Counted from the stretch's first letter, positions 48,148 to 60,975 are shown. The stretch is 64,000 bases of DNA from an uncultured virus (IMG/VR IMGVR_UViG_3300032007_000033) (IMGVR_UViG_3300032007_000033:1-64000), one strand, 5' to 3'. The notes: a model not told the origin generated them from the sequence alone. Made by a program: numbers and translations.

Positions 48148-48516
48148 TTATGCAAAATATTTTTCATATTCAGGGTGACTACTAAGAATCTCTTCCTTTG
48201 AAGGATTAGATTCCATAAAATCACGTTCTTCGTATTCTTCCATCCAATCGTTTTCGTCTTCGATGAAATCATCGTATTCTTTATCCAAGTCAACCAAAGG
48301 ATTAAAACCCTCTTTAAGAAGATTACGAAATTCTTCAATGTTTGGATTTCCACTGTAAGCGTTCACACACATTGTACGCTCATCTCTTGGACGAAAACCA
48401 TGAATATCCTTGTACATATCTGAATAATTAGCACAAAGATTTTCAAACTTTTCAACATTTTCCGATGTATAAGTTCCATTCAAGATTCTGTTATAAAATT
48501 CTGTGTTATTTGCCAT
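48148..48516 (-). CDS. Acidic phage protein with YSDMYKDIHGFRPR motif
   Basis: Promoter TTGACA-N17-TATATT at 48541-48569; AAGGAG RBS. Confidence 0.7.
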   Translation of the reverse strand: MANNTEFYNRILNGTYTSENVEKFENLCANYSDMYKDIHGFRPRDERTMCVNAYSGNPNIEEFRNLLKEGFNPLVDLDKEYDDFIEDENDWMEEYEERDFMESNPSKEEILSSHPEYEKYFA

Positions 48517-48604
48517 AAGATTTAATCTCCTTACTCTTATAATATACTACGAATAAAATAATTTGTCAAGTAAAATTATCAAAAAATTCAACTATTTTTA
48601 ATAC

Positions 48605-49084
48605 ATGAGTCTACAAAATTATGCGAATAAAATGCGGAATCATTCTCATGAAATGGAATCCAAGTTAGCCTTTTTGAAGGCCAAGAAAAAGAGAGGTAGC
48701 AAGGGCGAACAAATCACTAGAGATTTCTTGAAGCGATATGAATTGCCGTTCAAGGAGCAAGTTTCTTTCAACAACCTTTACTACAAGAGCAAGGACTTTC
48801 CACTCCGCTTTGATTTTCAAATATTTTTTAAAGATTCTTGGTTTCTTCTTGAAGTCCAAGGAGGACAACATTACAAGCCCACCAATTTCGGAGGCCATTT
48901 GACCGAAGAAGAAATTCAACAAAACTTCGAGGAAGGCCAAGAGCGCGACAGAATGAAAAAAGAATACTGCGAAAAACACAATATCCTTTTAAAATGCGTG
49001 GATTGGAACGGCAACAAAAAGAAACTAATCGAGGATTTGGGGAAATTGTTCAGAAATCAGTTGAGGGATTCCACAGTGTCGTAG
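48605..49084 (+). CDS. Small Vsr/DUF559-like endonuclease
   Basis: SKGE...LRFDF...EVQGGQHY...RD..K..YC. Confidence 0.8.
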   Translation: MSLQNYANKMRNHSHEMESKLAFLKAKKKRGSKGEQITRDFLKRYELPFKEQVSFNNLYYKSKDFPLRFDFQIFFKDSWFLLEVQGGQHYKPTNFGGHLTEEEIQQNFEEGQERDRMKKEYCEKHNILLKCVDWNGNKKKLIEDLGKLFRNQLRDSTVS

Positions 49085-52000
49085 AAAGTTTCCGACGCAA
49101 AATACTTTTCCGTAAGGTTAATCAAGTCTTTCTTGAATTCTTCCTTTGTTTTCTGCCCTTCCATCAATTCCGCCATTTCGTCCGAAATCGCCAAATCGAC
49201 CGCCAACGAACTTTGAAGGCCTACCGAAGGGTCTCCAACATCAACCACTAAAAAATGTTTCATAAAGATTTCCCATTCTAACGGAATTTATCCCAAAGCA
49301 TTGAATAGACTTGGTCACTAGTTTCGTTCACGAAGCCCATGTAGTCAAAACTTTCCCCATCCTCATCTTTCCATTGAACGCAAAAAGATTCCTCTTCAAT
49401 TCTTTCCGTCACTTCTCGCATAGTCGGCATATAGTCGAAACTGTCGGCTATTCTTTGCGTGTCTGAATCATTCCAATTTCCAATCATTTCAAACCTCGTT
49501 CTTTTTTTTTCATTCATCTCTCGTTTTCTTGCTTAATTTGTCAGAAATCACATTGATTAAGATTTCGTCGAGAATGAATTCCGCAATCAAAATCGGAAGC
49601 GCCACACGAACAAACTCTCCCCACGAAATGCTCGCCATTTTGATTACGCAAATTATTGAACTAATCATTTATTTCCTCCTTTAGTTGAACTGAATTATTT
49701 TCCAACGACTTCCGCTCATGTGAAGCGTATCTATCCGTCGTTTTATTATTATAATAGAAATCCTTAAAAATCTTTACCTTTGGTCATTTTCAACATTCCT
49801 CTTGATTCTTTCCCTAACTTCTTCAACCGTCGTGCCATCATTCGCTTTGTTAAACACTTCTCGGCAAACAATAGGAAAACATCTGTCGCATAAATCTTGT
49901 TCCTCATAAGGGAATATTTCCATTTCTTTTCCGCAACAGAGACATTTCTTTTTAATCTTTGTTATCGGCATAATCATTGAATCGCTTGCCATTTCCCCTC
50001 CTTCCGTCTTCGCAAGAACTCTTGGTACAAAGGATACCAAGGCTCTTTCTGCCCCAGCCTTACGTCCTCGAAGCACTCGTCCACAAAACGCTCGCTCTTT
50101 ATGTTGAACGCCTTTTCCATTTGTGCCAAGAAAGACTTGAGGGCGATGTCATCGTCTTTCATTTCGGCCAACCGCATTATTGAAAGTTTGACGGAGGATG
50201 TCATCAAGTCGGAAGAGCAGAAAACGAAAGCCTCATAAGGGTCGTCCGCGACTGTTTTAAGCCAAAACTCGTATTTCTTGTGGGACTGCCAATAGGCGCA
50301 GAACAAAATCCATTCCAAGAAACTCATTCCTTCTCCTCCGTTTCATAAACCGCGTCAAGACACGCTACGCAATCCTTGTCATAGTGGCCGCAAGTTTTCC
50401 AATCTTTCAAACAACCTTCGCAAACATGCTCTTGGTGCCAATTCGGATGCTCGTTTCTGTATTGGACTACCCATCTGTCCCACTTGACCAAAGGAACATA
50501 CTTCAAAGAGCCATAATTCAAATGAAAGTCAATATCTGGTTCCGTGAAAACCGGCGCCCCGCAGTTGCAAGTCAAACAACCGACAGTATGCTTTCCTGTA
50601 GTGGCATCGGTCGTGCAAAGGCTGGGTCGGACTAGACAAAGAGGACATCTATAGGGTGATTCATTGTCGTCATACATGTTAAATCTTGCCCTCCCTCCAA
50701 TCCTTATCGTAGCGCCTCATCTCCAACTCTTGCCTCACTTCATAAACTATTGTTCCGGGAAGGACGATGAGCCAAGCGAGGAAGAACGGAAGGATGAACT
50801 GGAAATAGCCGTCGTCGTCCCAACCGAACTTATTATAATAGCGCAACTCCTTCCAAGTCTTGCGGTGGCTTGTCCACCAATAGTCGAATCCGTAGTCTCC
50901 GTCGCCTGCGTAACTGTCGTAGGTTTCCCACAACATTCCGAGTTTTGGGCGTTTGTCGTAGAACCCCTTTCCTACACCCATTATGCACCAAAATCCGTAT
51001 TTGAAAGGGTGGATTATGTGGTTGATTTTGTCTTTAAGAAACCAAGTCATTTCTCTTCCTCCACCTTCTCAAACCACTCGCAACCGTAACCGTCGCAAGT
51101 CCAATCAATCCAATCCCAACCTTGCTCGGTTTTGTTGAACAATATCTGGAAACTTTTTGATTCATGGTTGAAACTGATGAAGCCTTCCGCAAGCCTTGGC
51201 AAGTTCTTCATCTTCCAATTATCCTTGTATCCTTTCTCCTCAAAGTAGAACCGCACTTTGTCGCCTTGGCAACAAGGCGTGTTGTTGCGGTCGAAGATGT
51301 AGCCTCCGTGTTGCAACTTCTTTTCGATGTCAGGAATGGAGCGGAGAAAGGCTTGGACTTTGTCTTGGAGTTCGTTGTATTTCTCCGCTTTTCTAAACTC
51401 ACTTGCAGGCATATCGTCGTAAATCGCATCTCTTTTATCAAACTTTGAGATGATATAGTCCAATAATTCTTTCGTCTCTTGCTTCATTTCCGCTCACTCC
51501 TTCATCAAGAATGTTTTCGCGACAAATCCGAACTTCTCAAGTTGGTCTACAGGAATCGCAAGCGTGTCAGCCTTGCTGCAGCTCAAGTCGCCCCAAGACA
51601 CATTCCCTTTGGGAAACTCCAGCCAAGAAGGGAGTCCTTTCCAATGCTCCTTCATTTCTGAAAGAGTGTACCGTCCCGCTTTGTTGAAGTCGGTGGTGTA
51701 GCCGGAATACTCGTCTTGCCACATAACGAAGTTTGGCATCCAAGACAAGTCCGTGTGCTTTAAGCTGACTAGAATATATTCTTCTTCCATAGTTTCAATC
51801 CTCCTTGCTCGCAATTTCGCCGATTTTGCTTCTCAACAACGAATAAGCCTTGTTCGCGTCCTCTCTGTAAAGGACAACTTTTTGCCCTTCCTTGATGAAT
51901 AACTTCAAGCAAGGCAAGTAGTCGCCGTAGCCGTTCGGATAGTCGTGCTTATATTCCATTCGCTCCAAATAGTCCAAGTTAATTGTATGTTCTACGCATT

Positions 52001-55000
52001 TTCTTTCATCGAGATGTAGATAAGCACCTGTTATTTCATGCTCATAGATTACGCCAAACATTCTAGTCCTCCTTTATTTTATGGCAACATTTCATATCTG
52101 CCACCTTTTCTTATATTCTCTAATAACTTCACATTCTTCATGACAATAGAGTTCATCTTTCTCTGTGATTTTCAACCAATCAAGAAAGTCCTTGAAAGAA
52201 CCGTTATAACATTCACCCCAATCAAGATATGCTTGATATCTTCTTTTACTTCTGCTTGGTTTGTTTTCTTTCTTTTTCTTGAGCCACAAATCAACTACAT
52301 AATCTTTTCCAACATCTGTTACAGAATAAACTTCTTCGTTCCAATCAGTCGTTCCGTCTTTTTGCATATATCCTTTTTCAACAAGAGATTTAATTGCTTT
52401 ATAATCTCCGTTATCTTCACTTGGATATATGCCGAACCAATTTCTATAACCACCTCTATCATCATTCCAACTCGGCTGATATTCATAACCTAATGTATGA
52501 AACATTACCTTTTCTTCTTTTTCAGTAATTTCTGTCATACTCATTCCTTGTCGGTAAAACTATTCTTCTCCAATAATCAGGTTCATCTACTTTGTTCCAA
52601 TAATCTCTGTCACCATATACACTATTTTCATCAGCACCAAACCAACGAACTAATTTTTCGTCTAACTCACCAATTTCGTGATACCAACGAACTTTGAAAA
52701 CATCCCAATGAACTTTATCTTTATAATAATAAAGATATAAACCTTCTATCCATTCACCTTCGTTAGGCAAATCATTTGGATTTTCATTTAAATTATGCCA
52801 TTCATTAGCCTTGTTATATCCAAACTCCGCACCGTTTCTCCAATCAGTTTCTTTCGCATATCGTTCATGGTCTGTTGGCTCATACATTCCAAAATCTTTA
52901 TCTGCATATTCTTCCGCTTCTTTCTCAAACATCATTCAATTTCTCCTATGTGGACTTCCAACTTCCAATCATTGAAATTCCCTTGCCTTGAATCTTTCAA
53001 GTGAGGCAAGAACTCCCTTGCAATAGTGTCAGCAAGAGAAATGAGCAGTTCTTTTGTGATGTATTGGAAGTGAAACTTCGACAAGTAGTTGCGAAACCGC
53101 ATCGCAACTTCACTTGGAAATTCAGGCTCCTCAATTTCAATTCCGTCAATGAAGAAGCGAACGAACGCTTGGTCGCCGATGTTATGAATTCTCACTTCTT
53201 TATTTTCATTTACCGCGGAATACACTTGAACGGTTTTCATAACATTTTCGCAACACTTCATTGTCCATTCTCTGTAATTCATTTCAAAGCCTCTGCCAAA
53301 GCGACCAACCCATTCTTCAGGTATTCTATTTGCATTCTCGCCATAGCGGACGAAAATGAAAATCTAGTTTGCAATTTGGAGTTGTCCCAAATCTTCAACG
53401 CTTTCTCAACCTTGTCCTCTTCGACCAACTTTATGATGTTGTCCGCTCCATAAATGTAGGACAAGTTCACCAACATATTGTGCTTCAAATGCTTGTAAGA
53501 CTTTCTCACGCTTCCTCCAACAAAGTCATTTCAACCCAATCTCCTTCAACAATTCCTCAACCTCGCCCATAAGATTGTGCTTGTCGAGCACCGCTCTCAT
53601 CGCCACCATTCTGTTGTGGTACTTGAAGTTTTCCTCAAGCAAGTTGCAAAGATACTTGTTCTTTTCGTAGGATTCGTCCTTCTCCTCGACTTTTATCTCG
53701 TAGTTTCCAAGATACTTCGACTGGTCTTGCAACTCAATCCTAACCATTCCCTCGCAAGAGCAGTCTTTCTCCAAGCAATACTTCAAGTTCACGGGGTCTA
53801 AACTTACGGCCTCTTCAACAATTTTATAGACGTAATCGATATCCGTCGTTTCTTCAAAAGAAAATCTTCCGTCATATAAAGTGATTATCGCTTTAGTAGC
53901 CCCTTCGCAAGAAATCTCGAAGTCGCCAACCGGTTTGGGAGATTCTTGGGTGAGTTTTGTCTTAATCACATCGCAAGCGTGGGCTAATTTCGGGGTTAGT
54001 TGGTTGACGACATCCTCATAGCCTTTCATCTTATTCCTCCATATGTTCTGAAGCGGTCTTCGCCACGCTCGCCAAATCGCCCATGCATTTCTTGCAAAGA
54101 AGAAGCATGCATTTCGTTTTGCGCGAATCAATGTAAATGTTGTGGAGTTTGCCAAGTTCTCCGCAATTCTCGCAAGCCATAGGATAATCTTTCATGTCGC
54201 TTCCTATCATACTTGTTCCTCCGACAAATAATACTCTTCCAACTTTGAACGGACATAATTCTCGCAATCGTATTTGTCGTTCGAGCCGTAAACCACATCT
54301 CCGCTTATTCCGTTGTTGTCAATTCTATAATCCAAATCTCCAAGCCAATGAACATACCAATTAGGGAAAAGCATAATTCATTCCTCCCACCCTTTCTCAA
54401 CGAAAGTCTTGTAGTAAACCCAAAATCGCCCTCCGCTATATCCGCAAGAAACGATGCTCTCCGGGCGAATCTTTCTCAAGAATTCATTGACAAAGCAAGA
54501 CGCGCTCTCATATCCTCTGGAGCGGCTCATCGCTTCAAAACTTTCGCATTGGACGACTTCCTCAGCCGTTCGCTTGAAGAATTTGTCGCGGTCGGACCTC
54601 TTAATCATATAATACTCGTTGTCCCAATCGTAGCGAGGGTCTTGAACGACCAACTCGACGAAGTCGTTTGCGCCGATGTTCGTCACTCGGTCTCCAATTT
54701 CCACCATCTCGCCTTTATGGAAATCGGCTTCCGCGTTCTCATAGCGGCCGTTTCCTACTTGCTCCATTAAAAACAATTTGCAATCTTCAATACATGTTCC
54801 GTCCATTTCCTATTTCTCATTTGTCGAAAATCAATAAAAGTTTAGCCACCGCTAATACTAGACCCACTGAACCAAAAATCAAGCAACCCCAATACCATTC
54901 CACCAAGAACGACATCGCCACAGGAATCAAGATTGCGAGAAAAACTCCAATCATTGTGAATATCCAAATGAATTTTCTATAACGCCAATTCATATATTTC

Positions 55001-56235
55001 CTCCTACCAATCCTTCATATCGTCATCCATTGCATCGTCCAACTGGTCTTCGTCGCAACCGTAATAGTCCGCCCAATCGCTTCTGTTCCAATGAATCTCC
55101 CTCCAACCGCACTCGAATTCCTCAAGCGCGTCCTCGAAAGAATCGTCGTTTATGTTGGAGAAGAAATATCCGTCCGACGAGCGGACTTCTCCGTTGGGGA
55201 AGCGGTAGATTAAAACCGACTCCTCTCCGTTGGAGATTGTCTTAATCAACTCTCCGTCCATTTCCTCAAAATATTCGTTCATGCGAATCTCCTTTTCTAT
55301 CTTTTGAATAATTCCAATAAAGTGTTCAAGCCGTTGGAATCCCATTCCTCGTTCACTTTCTTCATCTCTCGGACAACTATGCTTCTAATCATTTCGTCCG
55401 CTTGCTCCCTAGTGTTGCCCAAGGACATAAACTCCTTGACTTGTTCCTCGTACACTTCTTGATAAGGGTTCGGTTTGTATCTGTTTTTATAAAAGGACTT
55501 GCAAGCATACATCATGGAGTCAATCATTCCGTAGAATTCCGTCTTGTTGTCCTCCGACTCCCTAACCCAATCCGCTATGGAGTTTGGAATTGAAACGCTA
55601 GTTTCTCCGACAGTAATGACCATTCAATTTTCCTCCCAAAAAAATCAAACATAGTCGCCCCATTCCCAACCTTCGAGAATTCCGAATGTCTTCATCGCGT
55701 CGAGAATGGTGTACAACTTCTTTTGAATTTCCTTCGCGGTTTGAGGGGCGTCGTCGCCTCGGCTCTGAATCATGTATTGAAAGTCGTAGGGTTGAAGCCA
55801 CTCGTCGTCCAACACATCAATCTCTCCGACCTCGTCGTCCAAAATTTTGATGTTCACGCTTACATCGTTCAAGCACTCGCATAGAATCCAAAATCCGTCG
55901 GTATGCTCGAATCCGACTTTTCTCATGATGTCCTTGTCGACGATGTGGAAGCGAAGATTTTTGTTCTGCCCTCGCTCGTCCACTTCCGTGGCCTTGATTT
56001 CCCAAACCTTCATTTAAAATACCCTCATTCCGTAGAAGTCCGCGAACACAGAGCGTTCCGTCTCCAACATGTCGAATTTGATGACCAAGACCGTCTTGCC
56101 CTTGGTTTCGTAAGTTGACAGAACCTTGCCTTTCCCAAAGTTCTTGTGGATTACATTTCGGTCGATGTAGTTCATATTCTTCCTCCATATTTCTCCCACA
56201 TCGACTACTATAACACATTTCCTTGAAAATGTCAA
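49057..56235 (-). other. Long array of about 20 short hypothetical ORFs
   Basis: Coupled ORFs including YopX-like 51047..51487 and DUF551-like 52522..52935; promoter TTGACA-N17-TATAGT at 56207-56235. Confidence 0.65.
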
Positions 56236-56390
56236 GGAAAATTACGATTTTTCTCGATTATTTGAAGGTTGTCCATCATGTCCAAAGATTTCTTCCATTC
56301 TTCATACGACTCTTTGGAAGTGGGCAATCCTTGCGACTTTTCCTTCTTTTCTTCTGTTTCCGCTTTTTCTTCCTTCATATTCATTTCTCC

Positions 56391-57629
56391 TTATTTTTCG
56401 ATTAAATTCCACAAAGGCTCAATTTCTTTTTCCGACATTTCATTCCATCTTTTCTTGCCTCGAATTCCCAATTGAAGGAATATTGCGGAAAGGACAGATG
56501 TCACTATCGAATTTCCGAACTGTCTTTCGATTTGAGTTTTGGTGTTGACGGACTTCATTCTCTCTATGTCGGAGTCCTTCACTCCCATCAACCTTCCCTT
56601 TTCCTTTTCGGTGAGTTTTCTTATTTTCGGCTTGTCGCTTCCCTCCACAAGCATTGACGCTTCGTAGCAAGTCGTTATCGAGTTGGCGGTCGAACAGTTG
56701 CCTATTTCCAAAGTTTGGTTGTAGTTTCCATCGACTTTTCTGCCTCGTATCGCGCAAGAATAAACCTTGGGGTCTTCGCAAATGAGTATGCCATAACCTC
56801 CGCCTTCCGACTTCACCACGGAGGACAACCCGTTGGGGTTCATCACTCTATACCCTTCTCCGTAGCCCTTGCATTCCAAAGTCCCCATTCTTATTATTTT
56901 GTCGGAAACTTCACTGTTCTTGTTTTTAAGCAACAACTTTCTAGTCTTCTCGTTGTCGATGTAATAACTTTCATCGACATGTCTTTCCAAAATGTCCTTC
57001 AAATGGTTTTTCAACTCAATCGGCTTTGGAAATTCATATTCTTCGCTTTCCGAGAGAATGGACACACAGAAGCAACGAATTCTGTTTTGCGGAATTCCAT
57101 AATCCTTGGCATTCAAGTCTTGGCAAAAATTCTTGTATCCTTTGGAGCGAAGAAACGAAAGCCACTTGTCGAATTCCTTGATGTTTTTCTTCGCTCGCAC
57201 TTGGGGGACATTCTCCATTATTAAAAATTTGGGAAGTTCGCTTTCGTTCAACTCTTTCATTATTCTTTTCACTTCCCAAAGCAAAGACGACGATGTTCCG
57301 CTCCCTTCAACCATTCCTTTTTGTTGACCTGCCGATGAAAGCGATTGGCAAGGGAAGGAATAAAACATGATGTAGTCGTATTTATCGGTTTCGATTATCC
57401 TCAAGTCTTTTCCGCGTACATCTCGTATGTCGATGGGCTTGAAGTTGGTTCCGTGCAAGATGTTGTACGACTTCATCGCTTTCTCGTCGAACTCAATCGC
57501 TTTCCAAATCTCAAAGTCCGCACCTATGTTTTTCATAGCCATTTCTTGTGACCCGTATCCGCTAAAGAGAGTGATTAATCTAATCGGCTTGTTTAACTCA
57601 ACCAATTTGTTTCCGAAAAAATCTTCCAT
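56391..57629 (-). CDS. DNA (cytosine-5) methyltransferase
   Basis: LFSGYG, FPCQ, MENV, QNRIR, QFGNS; start placed at MEDFFG. Confidence 0.93.
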   Translation of the reverse strand: MEDFFGNKLVELNKPIRLITLFSGYGSQEMAMKNIGADFEIWKAIEFDEKAMKSYNILHGTNFKPIDIRDVRGKDLRIIETDKYDYIMFYSFPCQSLSSAGQQKGMVEGSGTSSSLLWEVKRIMKELNESELPKFLIMENVPQVRAKKNIKEFDKWLSFLRSKGYKNFCQDLNAKDYGIPQNRIRCFCVSILSESEEYEFPKPIELKNHLKDILERHVDESYYIDNEKTRKLLLKNKNSEVSDKIIRMGTLECKGYGEGYRVMNPNGLSSVVKSEGGGYGILICEDPKVYSCAIRGRKVDGNYNQTLEIGNCSTANSITTCYEASMLVEGSDKPKIRKLTEKEKGRLMGVKDSDIERMKSVNTKTQIERQFGNSIVTSVLSAIFLQLGIRGKKRWNEMSEKEIEPLWNLIEK

Positions 57630-57643
57630 ATCAAATCGTTTCC

Positions 57644-58072
57644 TTAATCGAAGAATCCGTTTTCCTTTAGCCAAAAGTGCCAATTCTTCCACAACCTTTC
57701 TATTCCGCCGTTCAAGCCTTCCCATGATTTGTCGTCTATGTACACATCCGCGCTAACTTTTCGGCAATTCAATCCGAACTTTTTCAAGTTTCTTTCGCAG
57801 TTTTCGTTCACATAGTCAAACTTGACTCCGTAAGCGGAGCAGAAATTCAAGGCTTCCTCCAATTCCTTCCCTTCTCGGCAACTCCACAAAATCAATGTGC
57901 AGTTTGGGTCTTCCGACAAATTCCGCAAGACTTCCATAGCGTAAGGAATCGGCTTTATTATGGTCGGCCATTTGGTGTAGGCTATCGTGTTGTCGAAGTC
58001 AATGGCGTAGACTCGTTCTTGGTGGACTTTTTTGGGAATGACGATTTCCCCTTCAATGAAAGCGGACAACAT
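57644..58072 (-). CDS. HAD-superfamily hydrolase
   Basis: AIDFDNTI, LWSCREG, VNEN, RKVSADVYIDD. Confidence 0.85.
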   Translation of the reverse strand: MLSAFIEGEIVIPKKVHQERVYAIDFDNTIAYTKWPTIIKPIPYAMEVLRNLSEDPNCTLILWSCREGKELEEALNFCSAYGVKFDYVNENCERNLKKFGLNCRKVSADVYIDDKSWEGLNGGIERLWKNWHFWLKENGFFD

Positions 58073-58198
58073 TTTACGCTCCTTGTTTTTCTCGTGGCAC
58101 CACATCAAAAGAAAATAATAGGCCACTAGCAGAAACTTCAACATCAATTTCCTCCGAATTCAATATATCTCAATTTTTATTTTCAATCAACAATTTTC

Positions 58199-58235
58199 AA
58201 AAAAAATCGGCCGAAATTCAATCCGACCGATTTTT
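58199..58235. terminator. Intrinsic terminator
   Basis: AAAAATCGG/CCGATTTTT stem. Confidence 0.7.
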
Positions 58236-58254
58236 CGCTTGATTTTACGAAAGC

Positions 58255-58506
58255 CTACTTCTTGTCTTCGTTCAGTTGAACCAAGAACACATGACCGTAA
58301 CAACAACGATATGTGGCGTAGGCGTTTCCGTTCTTTAGTTTTACCGAAGTCTCGAAATCCCTATGGGCGATTCCAATCGAGACCATTCTGTCCTTTCTCT
58401 TGGTTCTGTCCTCCAAGCATTTGGGGCATTTCATGGCATAGGAATATCCGAATCCCAAGGCACATAAAATCAAGGCGACAAATCCTATCAAAACAATCTT
58501 TCTCAT
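58255..58506 (-). CDS. Small signal-peptide protein with a CxxC...CxxxH motif
   Basis: MRKIVLIGFVALILCALG; AACTAT and AGAGG upstream. Confidence 0.65.
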   Translation of the reverse strand: MRKIVLIGFVALILCALGFGYSYAMKCPKCLEDRTKRKDRMVSIGIAHRDFETSVKLKNGNAYATYRCCYGHVFLVQLNEDKK

Positions 58507-58532
58507 TTCTTTAAAACCTCTAATTAAATAGT

Positions 58533-58679
58533 TCAAAAGAAAACGGATTTTTTGCGGATTATTCTACTAACAACCTCAACCGCACACATTCCCAAAGCCA
58601 CGATTCCCAAGACCGTGAACTCGACCCAACAATTCTCTCCGCTTTCCGATTGAAAGAACTCAACATATTTTTCAAACAT
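58533..58679 (-). CDS. 48-aa single-TM protein (not in the ORF track)
   Basis: AGGAG RBS; MFEKYVEFFQSESGENCWVEFTVLGIVALGMCAVEVVSRIIRKKSVFF. Confidence 0.5.
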   Translation of the reverse strand: MFEKYVEFFQSESGENCWVEFTVLGIVALGMCAVEVVSRIIRKKSVFF

Positions 58680-58734
58680 ATAATATCTCCTTGCTTTAAT
58701 TCTCGGATTTTAAGGAAAAAACTTTAGGATTTTT

Positions 58735-60975
58735 TTAGAGCGTGATTATATTACAATCCGTATCATTTGCTTGAATATACGCAACCATATCTTTTGAATG
58801 AGTTACAACAATCATCTGTTCAAACACATCTTTCATTTCTAACAAAGATGAGTAGAACATTTCTTTTCTAGTCGCGCTTAACGGAGCGTCAGGTTCATCA
58901 AGCAAAATCATATTCAAATTCAAATTCTTATTGAAACTTTCACAGAATCCGATATTTGTAATAGCCTTTTCCGCGCCACTCAATCGTTCAACTTTAATGT
59001 CATCTCCAAATCTCATTGAAATTCCACCACGAGTCATGTCGAATTTGATGTTCAACGGTTTGTAATAAACTTGGTCAATAAACTCATTTATGTCATTTTC
59101 GATATTCTTCAAGTTTTGTAGTATTGCCCAAGACGGATAATCGGTTGTGAGAATCTTCTTACTGTTTTCCAAATCAAACTTTTCTTTCTCAAACTTTTGT
59201 TTTCTTTCCTTAAACTTTTCAAGTTCCTTCTTGTCCGCTTTCTTCGTTTCTTCAAGTCGCTCGTTGTATTCTTTCACGACTTTGTTTTCTACAACAACAG
59301 AATTATAAGATTTAAGTTCTTCTTCAAGTTCATTAATTTTATTTTCATCAAAAGTTCCGATAGAGAATAATTCAATTTTCTTTGAAAGTTCTTCCATTTC
59401 TTTTAATTTAGAACTATGTTGATTTTCCAAATCATTTATCTCTTTTTTCAAACTTTCAATCTGTGAAGAATATAAATCTGCTTTTTCTTTAATGGAATTT
59501 AATTTAGATTCTTTTTCACTATCAACCGATTCGAGAATTCTTTTTTCACTTTCAATCTGATTAATATAATTTTCTTTCTTCTGTGAAAGAGAATCATTTA
59601 ACGATTTCTGTTCGGTTCGTTTGTTTTCAATTAAAGACTGTTTTTTCAAAAGTTCATTGGAAAGATTGTTTTTCTTTTCTTTCAATTCTTCATTCTTTTT
59701 TGATTTCTCTTCAATGTCTTTTTTCTTAGTAAGCAAATCGTCAATCACACCTTCGCATTCTATAATTTGTTTATCATAAGAAATCGCTTCATCTACAAAT
59801 TCTTGATATTTATGTTTACAACTATCACCGCTAGAACCACATGTAGGGCAAACTCCGCTTTCCAAAGTTTTTGAATTTTTCCATGCAATTGAAGACTTTG
59901 TTTTGAGTTCTGTCAAATTATTCCTTGCTTTTGTCAAAGAATCCTCATCAAACTTAATCAACTTCATCAAACGAATGGAATCAATCTCTTTCACAAGTTC
60001 GTTTCCTTCATCTTCAATTTTTTTAATTTCACAATCGAGATTAAGGGATTTCTCGCTTACGGTTTTATCAAGGCTTTCCTTCTGCTCTTCCAACAACTTG
60101 ATTTTGTTTTCAGATTCAAGTTTCTTGTCTGCGAATTCTTTTTCAATCTTTTCTTTTTCACTATCAAAATTAAACTGTTTGGCGTTTATAATTGAAACTT
60201 TTTTAGTTGAAATTTTAGAATCAATATTTATACATTCATTATTTAATGAAGTTTTTCTTTCTTCCAAATCTTTCAACTGATTCTTCTTTTCTTCTACTAA
60301 AGATTTTTCCGCATTTAATTTATCTAACTGTGATTTTTTTAATTTATATTCATCTTCTGTAAACGGAAATTCACTGTATGATTTCATCTCATACTTTTTA
60401 TTTTCGAGAGCAAAAATATTCTTATCTACTTCAATAATTTTTTCTTTAGTTTGCTCAATTTTTGGCTCAATAAGAGTCTTGATTTCTTTTGTATAATCGA
60501 GGTCTTGAATTTTTTTAAATAAATCTCGTCTTTCACTATCCGAACAATGAATGATATCCATATCGGAATTCTGTCTTACAAAAAGAGCATACTTTGATGT
60601 TGCAACAGGAAGTCTTTCATTCAACCATTCTTTTACACCCTCACCATTAGCAAGGTCTGTATCGATATCAACATCTTTAAGGTTTCGTGTGGTTATGTAA
60701 GTTTTTCCTTTTTTACAAGTTAATGTTTCAAGAAGATGTTTACCATCGAGCATGAATTCCAAAGAGATTGTAAACTCATTGCATTCTCTGTTCATATAAT
60801 CGGCAAAACTACCCTCATATTCTGACAATAAAAGAATTGAAATTGCATTTATTTGTGTAGTTTTTCCACTTCCATTTTCCGCACGGATTATATTGACACC
60901 GCTTTCGTACTCGAAAATCTTTTCATCTTTAAAACAACCGAATCCTTTTAACGAAAGTTTTATAAGTTTAAGCAT
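58735..60975 (-). CDS. SbcC/Rad50/gp46-like SMC-family ATPase
   Basis: NGSGKTT, coiled coils with CPTC zinc hook, LSGAE signature, LLDEPD, VVTH; promoter at 61004-61032. Confidence 0.92.
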   Translation of the reverse strand: MLKLIKLSLKGFGCFKDEKIFEYESGVNIIRAENGSGKTTQINAISILLLSEYEGSFADYMNRECNEFTISLEFMLDGKHLLETLTCKKGKTYITTRNLKDVDIDTDLANGEGVKEWLNERLPVATSKYALFVRQNSDMDIIHCSDSERRDLFKKIQDLDYTKEIKTLIEPKIEQTKEKIIEVDKNIFALENKKYEMKSYSEFPFTEDEYKLKKSQLDKLNAEKSLVEEKKNQLKDLEERKTSLNNECINIDSKISTKKVSIINAKQFNFDSEKEKIEKEFADKKLESENKIKLLEEQKESLDKTVSEKSLNLDCEIKKIEDEGNELVKEIDSIRLMKLIKFDEDSLTKARNNLTELKTKSSIAWKNSKTLESGVCPTCGSSGDSCKHKYQEFVDEAISYDKQIIECEGVIDDLLTKKKDIEEKSKKNEELKEKKNNLSNELLKKQSLIENKRTEQKSLNDSLSQKKENYINQIESEKRILESVDSEKESKLNSIKEKADLYSSQIESLKKEINDLENQHSSKLKEMEELSKKIELFSIGTFDENKINELEEELKSYNSVVVENKVVKEYNERLEETKKADKKELEKFKERKQKFEKEKFDLENSKKILTTDYPSWAILQNLKNIENDINEFIDQVYYKPLNIKFDMTRGGISMRFGDDIKVERLSGAEKAITNIGFCESFNKNLNLNMILLDEPDAPLSATRKEMFYSSLLEMKDVFEQMIVVTHSKDMVAYIQANDTDCNIITL

